NCBI GenBank assembly: GCA_035258825.1 | Contig: DATFWW010000173.1 | Location: 1 to 57,520, forward strand | DNA from: Myxococcota bacterium | Lineage (GTDB): Bacteria; Myxococcota_A; UBA9160; SMWR01 | Reading direction: 5' to 3' | Length of the DNA: 57,520 nucleotides | Shown: positions 45,001-51,133 of the stretch, one piece after another | Numbering within the stretch: position 1 is the stretch's first letter | Layout of the letters: every line of letters begins with the position of its first letter | The notes under the pieces: generated by a model | What the model was told of the DNA's origin: nothing | Seen by the model: the letters and a program-made list of their open reading frames with translations, nothing else | Databases searched by the model: none | Position numbers and translations under genes: made by a program

Positions 45001-45879
45001 ATGTTCACGGGCAAGGTGAACGCGATGGAAGCCGCGATGCAGGGTGAGGTCGCGTTCACGGGCGACGCCGGCAAGGCGATGGCGATCCAGCAGATGCAGG
45101 GCGACATGCGGCGCCTCTACACCGCGGCGCGCGCGCAGCTGGGCGACCCGGGTGATCTCGCAAGTCTCGCGCAGCGAGCCGAAGGCGAGCGAAGGCCATC
45201 GGGGTCGATCCCGCAGCCGGGCGCGCCCGTGAAGCCCGTCGGCGGCAACGACATCCGCGCCGAGATCGTCGCGGTCACCCGGGAGCTCTACGAGATCCAG
45301 GTAATCACCGCGACGGGCGGCAACGTGTGCGCGCGGATCCCCGGCGCGCCGGATCAGGTGTGGATCACGCCGAGCCAGCTGTTCAAGGGCGATCTGCGCC
45401 CCGAGGTGCTGGTGCGGATCGACCTCGACGGCAAGTCGCTCGACGAGGGTGCGCGCTCGCCCTCCTCCGAGTGGAGCATGCACACCCAGATTCTCAAGAA
45501 GAAGCCCGAGGCCAAGGCGGTGATCCACGCCCATGCGCCGTACGCCACCACGCTCGCCAACGCGGGCCTGCCATTCCTGCCGATCAGCACCGAGGCCGCG
45601 TTCTTCGGCGACATCCCGCGGGTGCCGTTCATCATGCCGGGCACCGACGCGCTCGCTGAGGCAGTCTCGGAGGCGATGAAGGAGAGCTGGGCCGTGTTCA
45701 TGGTGAACCACGGGCTCGTGGTGGCGGGGCGAAGCTTGCGCCGCGCGGCCGACATGGTGGAGATCGTGGAGCGCTCGGCTCAGCTGATCCTCGGCTGCTA
45801 CGCGGTGGGCAAGGAGCCGCCCGTGCTGCCCGAGAAGACGGTCAAGATGCTGCGCAAGATGGGAGATCTCGTGGCGTGA
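42040..45879 (+). CDS. 1279-aa four-domain fusion: FGGY carbohydrate kinase / D-2-hydroxyacid dehydrogenase / SCP2 / class II aldolase-adducin domain
   Basis: ATG 42040 (ATGA overlap with the MDR stop), one uninterrupted frame. FGGY: LLLGIDLGGGSVR..GGGDTRCG..LAGGLSRS (about aa 1-495). 2-HADH: VGLVGLGSVGRAVARRL..INTARAALLD..HTPHVGG (about aa 530-860). SCP2: about aa 905-1035. Aldolase_II: ..VIHAHAPYATTLA..MVNHGLVVAG (about aa 1070-1279). Confidence 0.85.
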   Translation: MSRLLLGIDLGGGSVRCVLLDAETAVVWESALAIGSHPAEAGGGLGYDLATDALWESVGLAARGALARAGAVPEDVAGVAVTAMRFASVLLDAAGEVLFAVPNRDARSIGEAMRIAAERGDAVLAATGMWPLPIHASARLAWLRSARPELFDRAATLLSLSDWLNYRLCGDRITDYSQAGCTGLFDLGRREWSADLIDAIGLPRAIFPEARPSGERIGELDARAAQHLGLAAGTPVSLGGGDTRCGLLGAGAVADGDVGLVAGTTAPLERVLSEPVIDAEGRLRSGHHAMPGCFVLEANVGPVGEGLAWLARLLHPDDARPEERFSAEASTAAVGSAAMLANIGALIANDRQPAFPVASFALSHMTGTQGRAARASLARSALEGTACAVRANLEQLARVLGSGAERVHLAGGLSRSALFARILAGVTGCEVVRAAAPEATGLGAALCAGVGAGVYGDVLEAARKGVRAGEVVEPVAGEAAAYEQLYRDWSELRAAGEQSTAPIAMRHTVPVALAAAQRTGRRASPAHRPKALVTAAFDDASIAKLRGFADVEYASFRDRMQLLTGPSLVKALEGCEVLVTEVDVVDAKALEKLPNLRVVAACRGDAVNVDVAACTAFGIPVLFAPGRNADAVADLTVAFLLNLARRLPAATRFLADPAITAGNLAAMGKAFRGLQGYELWSKTVGLVGLGSVGRAVARRLSGFGVRLLVADPFVSVEQAVLAGAEKVELAELLRESDFVSLHAAVTDATRGLLGADEFAAMKPGAYLINTARAALLDEAALVAALDSGHLAGAALDTFAVEPPGADHPLVRHGSVIHTPHVGGNTNEVAAHQGRIIADGLEQLLCGEAPRCILNPETLAGFSWTGPRRVPTADELAALARRAGPAVSDLQRDAQAEAQQEKLDESAAPAEIVAAMKRILEAFTAAMAKDDRVREFSADKDVALYFVLPDVGLDLHIALREGNVAGGLGKPDGGSVVQLRMRAAILDGMFTGKVNAMEAAMQGEVAFTGDAGKAMAIQQMQGDMRRLYTAARAQLGDPGDLASLAQRAEGERRPSGSIPQPGAPVKPVGGNDIRAEIVAVTRELYEIQVITATGGNVCARIPGAPDQVWITPSQLFKGDLRPEVLVRIDLDGKSLDEGARSPSSEWSMHTQILKKKPEAKAVIHAHAPYATTLANAGLPFLPISTEAAFFGDIPRVPFIMPGTDALAEAVSEAMKESWAVFMVNHGLVVAGRSLRRAADMVEIVERSAQLILGCYAVGKEPPVLPEKTVKMLRKMGDLVA
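45168..45198 (+). repeat. GCGAAG-rich short repeat, in-frame copy in the SCP2-aldolase linker
   Basis: cgcgcagcgagccgaaggcgagcgaaggcca encodes ..AQRAEGERRPS.. Compare FAQRGEAERRPDG in the SWIM gene and the intergenic copy at 27477. Confidence 0.6.
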
Positions 45880-45886
45880 GGCGTGC

Positions 45887-46771
45887 ATGACCGCGCAAGG
45901 AGACGGCGTCGCTGCCGCGGTGATCGCGGCGTGCCTCTACAACCTCGCGGTCGTCGTCCAGAAGTCGCAGGCCGAAGTCGTCGCCGAGACCGGCGTGGCG
46001 ATTCTCGGCCCGCTGATGGCGCGCCCGGTCTGGCTCGTCGGCGTGGCGATCCAGGTAGTCGGGCTCGTCTTCCACGGCTTCGCGCTCACCGCGGCACCCG
46101 TCACGGTCGTGCAGCCAATCATCGCGAGCGGCATCGCGTTCCTCGTGCTGTTCGCGGCGCTGATCCTGCGCGAGCGCCCGTCGCCGCGCGAGATCTTCGG
46201 GATGCTCCTCGCGGTGTCGGGTGTGAGTCTGCTCGCGCTGCAGATCGAGGGGCCGGTTTCGCTCGCGCCGCTCGACGCAGAGGACTTCGCCTATGCGATC
46301 GCGAGCGCTGCGGCGCTCGCGGGTGCCCTCTGGTGGTTCGGTCGCTCGTGGCGCGTCGCGTCGACCAGCGTGGGCGCGGCGCTGGTCGGTGCCGCTGCCG
46401 GCGTGGGACAGGGCATGAGCGACGCGATGAACCGCCTCGCGGGCGCCTGGTTCGCGCCGCACGGCTGGGCTCCGCCGACGGGGATCATGTGCGCGGCGCT
46501 CGCGTTCCTGCTCTTGTTCGGGCTCCAGGGGTTCGTCGCGGCGCAGAACGCCTTCCAGCGCTACCGCGCCAACACCGTGGTTCCGTGCATGCTCACCGCG
46601 CAGCTGTTCGTGCCGGTCGCGATGGCGATCATCCTGTTCGGCCAACCCGGTCCGCGCGACGGCGAAGACGCCGGCGTGTGGATCCTCGCGCTGGCGCTCA
46701 CGTTCGCGGGGATCGTCTCGCTCGCGCGCGCGCCGGCCGTCGAACGCACGCTCGGGAACTCGGCGAACTGA
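45887..46771 (+). CDS. Membrane permease, NIPA/EamA-like (DMT superfamily)
   Basis: 294-aa ORF with about 9 TM helices, beginning 7 nt after the fusion gene. The family call is tentative. Confidence 0.55.
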   Translation: MTAQGDGVAAAVIAACLYNLAVVVQKSQAEVVAETGVAILGPLMARPVWLVGVAIQVVGLVFHGFALTAAPVTVVQPIIASGIAFLVLFAALILRERPSPREIFGMLLAVSGVSLLALQIEGPVSLAPLDAEDFAYAIASAAALAGALWWFGRSWRVASTSVGAALVGAAAGVGQGMSDAMNRLAGAWFAPHGWAPPTGIMCAALAFLLLFGLQGFVAAQNAFQRYRANTVVPCMLTAQLFVPVAMAIILFGQPGPRDGEDAGVWILALALTFAGIVSLARAPAVERTLGNSAN

Positions 46772-46835
46772 ATCCTCGGCTGGGCCGGCCGCCCGCGCCA
46801 CCGCGCCTCTCGGCGATCGCGCCGACACCACAGAG

Positions 46836-48074
46836 TCATCCACGCGCGCCCGGTGCCACCTCCCACCGCAGCGGGGCGCGCTTGATGCCGCCTACGAACG
46901 ACGAGCGCACGCGTGCCACCGGGCCCGCGAGCTCCGCGCGCACGAGGCGCGTGCGCAGCTCCTCGAACACGGCGCGGATCTCGAGGCGCGCGAGGTGCGC
47001 GCCGAGACAGACGTGCTCGCCGCGCCCGAAGCCGACGTGGTCGTTGGGCTGGCGGTCGATCCGGAACGCGCCGCCGTCGGGGAAGATCTCCTCGTCGCGA
47101 TTGGCCGACGGATAGAACAGGCACAGCGACTGCCCGGCTCGGATCGCCCGTCCGCGCAGCGTCAGGTCTGCGGCCGCGGTGCGGCAGAACTGGATCACGG
47201 GCGTCGTCCAGCGCACGATCTCCTCGATCGCGGGCGTCACGAGTGCCCGGTTCTCCTGGAGCCGCTTCCATTCGCCCGGGTTGTCGAGGAACGCCAGCAT
47301 GCCGCCCGTCATTGCGTTGCGGGTGGTCTCGTTGCCGGCCACCACGAGCAGGAACAGGTAGGAGAGCAGCTCGACCGGAGGCAGCGCGCGGCCGTCGACG
47401 GCGCCGTTCGCCACCTCGCTCACGATGTCGTCGCCGGGCTGGCGGCGGCGCCGCTCGGCGAGGTCGTTGAAGTACGCGAACACCTCCATGCGCGCGCCCT
47501 CGAGGGTCTTCTGCTTGTCGCCCTCGCGCTGGAACTCGGGGTCCTCGGGCGCGATGATCTCGTTGGTCCAGCGGAAGATCAGCGGCCAGTCGCGCTCGGG
47601 CATGCCCAGCATCAGCGCGATCACCGCAATCGTGATCGGCGCGGAGACGTCCTTCACGAAGTCGATCTCTTCGCGCTGTGCCGCTGCGTCGATCACGTCG
47701 CGCGTGATCTGCCGCACCTTGGGCTCCCAGCCCTGCACCGCGCGCGGAGTGAAGCGCTTGCTCGCCACCTGGCGGTATTTCGCGTGATCGGGTGGATCCA
47801 TGTTGAGCAGGTGGCGAGACACGCCCTCCTCCGGCGGCGGCACCGAGTTGTCGAACACGGCGAGGCGCGGGGCGTTCTGCAGCAGCTTGGGGTGCTTGCT
47901 CAGCCAGACGATGTCGGAGTGCTTGGTCACGGCCCAGAACGGATCGAAGCGCGGCCGCTCGTACCAGACGAGCGGCGCGTGCTGGCGCAGCCAGCTCCAT
48001 TCGGGGTGCGGATAGCCGTGCTCTTCGTAGTGCTCCGGCGAGGCGATGTCGATCGTCGAGAGGTCGAAGGTCAT
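46836..48074 (-). CDS. Cytochrome P450 (CYP125/142-like pattern)
   Basis: 412-aa ORF with LLNMDPPDHAKYRQVASKRFTPRAV, VVAGNETT, EIVRW, and heme loop FGRGEHVCLG. Confidence 0.9.
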   Translation of the reverse strand: MTFDLSTIDIASPEHYEEHGYPHPEWSWLRQHAPLVWYERPRFDPFWAVTKHSDIVWLSKHPKLLQNAPRLAVFDNSVPPPEEGVSRHLLNMDPPDHAKYRQVASKRFTPRAVQGWEPKVRQITRDVIDAAAQREEIDFVKDVSAPITIAVIALMLGMPERDWPLIFRWTNEIIAPEDPEFQREGDKQKTLEGARMEVFAYFNDLAERRRRQPGDDIVSEVANGAVDGRALPPVELLSYLFLLVVAGNETTRNAMTGGMLAFLDNPGEWKRLQENRALVTPAIEEIVRWTTPVIQFCRTAAADLTLRGRAIRAGQSLCLFYPSANRDEEIFPDGGAFRIDRQPNDHVGFGRGEHVCLGAHLARLEIRAVFEELRTRLVRAELAGPVARVRSSFVGGIKRAPLRWEVAPGARG

Positions 48075-48102
48075 CGGGATCCTCCGGGCTCGCAGGGCAA
48101 AG

Positions 48103-48413
48103 CTAGCCCAGCCCCGCCTTCGCTCGGACGGCGGCGAGTTCGGGCGCCGTGAGCACGCGCGGCGACGAAGCCGGCGTGCCCGTCGCGTCGAAGAACGGCG
48201 AGCGGCGGTGATCGCCGCGCAGCCGCGCCGCGGCGCCGATCCAGAGCACCCGCGCGATTACCGACACGGGGAAGCTCGCGCGCGCGCCGGGCGGTGATCC
48301 CCTCGCGAAGCGCGCGTGTCCGCGCGCGCGGATCGGCGCCCGCGGAGACGCCGCGCACCCTCCCTCCCGCGCAGCGCACCGCACGAACAGCGAACGGCGA
48401 GATCGGCCGGCAT
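48103..48413 (-). pseudogene. Possible remnant of a small CxCG-motif gene (internally deleted or frameshifted)
   Basis: ATG 48413 lies 1 nt after the upstream stop: MPADLAVRCSCGALRG.., then Arg-rich junk. A different frame ends ..SPFFDATGTPASSPRVLTAPELAAVRAKAGLG* at 48103. The two protein-like ends are in different frames. Confidence 0.3.
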
Positions 48414-48414
48414 G

Positions 48415-49710
48415 CTAGTCGCGCGCGCCGTGCTCCAGCTTCGGGAACGCGCGGCCGATCGCGACCAGCCACTGCACGAGGCGCACCGCGTGCAGCGAGA
48501 GCACGGGCTTGCCGTTCGAGCACAGCGCCACCGACAGCGCGCGGTCCGGGTCGGCCCACGAGAAGATGTTCGAGAAGCCGACGTGACCGAACGCGCGCTC
48601 GTTGTCGGAGCCGAACAGCGAGACACTGTGGCTGCCGAGCATGAAGCCGAGCCCATAGCGGATCGGCAGGCCGAGCGTGAAGTCGATCTCCCACCACGCC
48701 GACTCCCCGGTGGCGTGGCGGATCGTCGCGGGCTCGAGCACGCGCGCGCCGTCCTGCTCGCCGCCGTCGAGCAGGCACTGGTAGAACGCGCACAGCTCAC
48801 CCGCGGTGGTGACGATGTTGGCGGACGGCACGATCCCGGTCAGGTAGCGCGGGTCGTTGGTGAGCTCGATCACGTGCCCGATCTCGGCGCCGAGCGCGTT
48901 GCGCAGGATCGTCGAGATCGGCCACGGCACGGGCGGGCCCGTGACCGCGTCGCGCGCCACGAGCGGCAGATCCTCCTGCCGCACGCCGTAGCGCATCCAG
49001 CGGTAGCCGAGCGGCGCGATCAGCTCGCGCTCGAGCACCGTGCAGATGTCGTCGCCTGTTGCGCGCCGCACGACTTCCGCCAGCACGAACCCTCCGGAGA
49101 CGGCGTGATAGGCGAGCACGCGGCCGGGCCGCGATCGCAGCTCCGCGTCGCACATGATCTCCACCACCTTCTCGGGCTGGCCGAGCAGGTCGAGGTCCAT
49201 TGCGTCGGGCGGCAGGTTCGGGATCCCGGCCTTGTGCGCGAGCAGGTGGCGCAGCGTGATGCGGTCCTTGCCGTGCTTCGCGAACTCCGGGATGAAGTCG
49301 CAGACGCGGTCCTCGAGGTGGAGCACGTGCTTCTCGTCGAGCTTGTGGATCACCATCGCGGTGATCGCCTTGCTCGCGGAGAAGATGTCGAACGGGGTCT
49401 CGGTGCTGACCGAGAGCTTGGGCGCGTCGGGCGGGTCTTGCGGCGCGTTGCCGCGCGCGTGGCCGATCGCGCGGTTCAGCACGACGACGCCGCGGCGCCG
49501 CACGCACAGCGAGATCGCGGGGTGCGCGCCGCTGGCGTAGATCGCGCGCGCGGCGTCCCACACGCGCTCGACGGCTTCGGCCGGGACGTCGGAGCCGCCC
49601 GGGTCCTCGGGGCCCACGTCGAGCACCTCGTCGAGGTCGCGCGGGAGGCGACACCGCTGCGTGCCGGGCAGATTCAGCTGTCCGATCCAATGCAGGGGGT
49701 CGATCGGCAT
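48415..49710 (-). CDS. Serine hydrolase, beta-lactamase/esterase family
   Basis: 431-aa ORF with FDIFSASKAITAM (SxxK). It begins 3 nt after the SWIM gene stop. Confidence 0.8.
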   Translation of the reverse strand: MPIDPLHWIGQLNLPGTQRCRLPRDLDEVLDVGPEDPGGSDVPAEAVERVWDAARAIYASGAHPAISLCVRRRGVVVLNRAIGHARGNAPQDPPDAPKLSVSTETPFDIFSASKAITAMVIHKLDEKHVLHLEDRVCDFIPEFAKHGKDRITLRHLLAHKAGIPNLPPDAMDLDLLGQPEKVVEIMCDAELRSRPGRVLAYHAVSGGFVLAEVVRRATGDDICTVLERELIAPLGYRWMRYGVRQEDLPLVARDAVTGPPVPWPISTILRNALGAEIGHVIELTNDPRYLTGIVPSANIVTTAGELCAFYQCLLDGGEQDGARVLEPATIRHATGESAWWEIDFTLGLPIRYGLGFMLGSHSVSLFGSDNERAFGHVGFSNIFSWADPDRALSVALCSNGKPVLSLHAVRLVQWLVAIGRAFPKLEHGARD

Positions 49711-49713
49711 CCG

Positions 49714-51132
49714 TCAGTCCTCGTCGTCCTCGTTGACGGCGCCCGCGCCGAGATAGACATCGAGGCCCGTGATCGAGGCGTTGCGGTAGGTGCGCGCCAT
49801 CGCGGCCTCGCAGTTCGACTGCCCGCGCCAGAACGGGAAGCCGCCGAGCCGCGCCACGATCGCTCCGGGCTTGCGCGGGATGCGCACCTCGATCGCCTCG
49901 TCGCGGCTGCGCACCGCGCCGCCCCAGAACACCTCCGGATCCTCCGGCAGCGGCTCGTCCGGGATCACGCGCTCGGGCGGCGGCTCGATCACGGCCACGG
50001 GCAGCGGCACGAACGCCTCGCCCTCCTCGCCGGGGGCACGCTCCCCGTCGGCCCCGTGCGCCGGCTCGGCCGGCGGCGGCGGAGGCCGCGGGATCGCGGC
50101 GGGGCCCAGCGCCGCGAGCAGCTCGCCGCGCTCCATGCCGCGCAGCTGGAAGATCAGGAACGGATCGCGGTCGAACTCCTCGCCGAGCAGGTAGTAGACC
50201 GCGGCGACGTGCTTGCAGGGGTTCGCGTTGTCGGGGCACGAGCAGGCGGCCTTGAGGTCGCCGCTCGCGTTCGGGAACAGCGACAGGCGCTGCTCTTCGA
50301 ACACCTGCTCGATGCTCTCGGGGATCTGACCCATGCCGAGCTCGACCGCGATGTCGGGCCGCTGCGCGAGCGCGCGCGTGAGCTTCTTCCAGTCGGTGCT
50401 CGACAGCATCGAGAAGTGCATGCGCACGAGATACGGTGCATCGCGCGATCCCTGGACGTGGGCGGTGACGAAGCCCTTGCCGATCTCGATGTCGACGATG
50501 TGGCCCTGGCGCGCGTAGTTGCGGCCGCGCCCGAGCCGGCGCCCGACCGCGAACCGCTCGAGCACTTCCACCCACCGGCGCGCCCACCAGTTCTCGCCCG
50601 CGCGCCCGCGCCGCGCGCGCTGATTGTTGCCGCGCTGCGGGCGGCCGTGACCGCGGCCGCGCCCGCGCTGCGGGCGGCCGCTGCGGCCGCGATTCTGCCA
50701 GCCGTCTGGTCTTCGCTCGGCTTCGCCTCGCTGCGCGAAACCTCCGTCTGGCCTTCGCTCGGCTTCGCCTCGCTGCGCGAAACTTGCGCCGTCCCAGTGA
50801 TCGGGCCTGGGGTCGAAGTCGGAGCGCGGCTCGCCGCCGTTCGGGCCGTCGGTCGGTGCGACCTCGCCGCCGGCGGGCCGTGCTTCGACCACCGCGTTCG
50901 CGCCGAACTCCGAGCCCGCTTCGCGCGGCACCACCTCTTGCGCGGGCGGCGGCGCGTTCCAGTGCGAATTCCGATTCGGGCCGTCGCCGCCCCCGTCGAA
51001 CGGGCCGCCCGGACCCGGTCCGCCGGGGCCGCGCGGCCCCCGCGGCCGGCGCCGCGGCCGGCGGCGTCTCCGCCGGCCCTCGCCTCCCGGGCCGGGACCG
51101 CCGAATCCGCCGCCTGCGCCTTCTTCGCTCAT
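49714..51132 (-). CDS. SWIM zinc-finger protein with a long Arg/Gly-rich N-terminal region
   Basis: ATG 51132 (MSEEGAGGGFGGPGPGG..). About 190 aa of RG/RGG-rich low complexity precede ..CSCPDNANPCKHVAAVYYLL (CxC..CxH SWIM). 1-nt gap after the SNF2 stop. Confidence 0.8.
   Translation of the reverse strand: MSEEGAGGGFGGPGPGGEGRRRRRRPRRRPRGPRGPGGPGPGGPFDGGGDGPNRNSHWNAPPPAQEVVPREAGSEFGANAVVEARPAGGEVAPTDGPNGGEPRSDFDPRPDHWDGASFAQRGEAERRPDGGFAQRGEAERRPDGWQNRGRSGRPQRGRGRGHGRPQRGNNQRARRGRAGENWWARRWVEVLERFAVGRRLGRGRNYARQGHIVDIEIGKGFVTAHVQGSRDAPYLVRMHFSMLSSTDWKKLTRALAQRPDIAVELGMGQIPESIEQVFEEQRLSLFPNASGDLKAACSCPDNANPCKHVAAVYYLLGEEFDRDPFLIFQLRGMERGELLAALGPAAIPRPPPPPAEPAHGADGERAPGEEGEAFVPLPVAVIEPPPERVIPDEPLPEDPEVFWGGAVRSRDEAIEVRIPRKPGAIVARLGGFPFWRGQSNCEAAMARTYRNASITGLDVYLGAGAVNEDDED
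50702..50785 (-). repeat. Tandem 42-bp duplication (2 copies, 40/42 identical) of the GCGAAG-rich repeat inside the SWIM gene
   Basis: Copy 1 at 50702..50743 and copy 2 at 50744..50785, together encoding FAQRGEAERRPDG twice. The 27-nt core cttcgctcggcttcgcctcgctgcgcg is identical to 55333..55359. Confidence 0.85.
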
Positions 51133-51133
51133 G

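Noticed and set aside
41968-45888. 1306-aa minus-strand ORF, the longest in the window.
   Set aside because: It is Arg/Ala/His-rich with no motif and lies exactly antisense to the four-domain fusion gene. This is a typical high-GC shadow ORF. The same reasoning rejects 231-1643(+), 11804-13915(+), 15647-18010(+), 48316-51192(+), 51713-54742(+) and 56749-57468(-).
50702-50785. Possible CRISPR or minisatellite array.
   Set aside because: There are only two directly adjacent units without spacers, both in frame inside a CDS. No cas genes and no leader are present.
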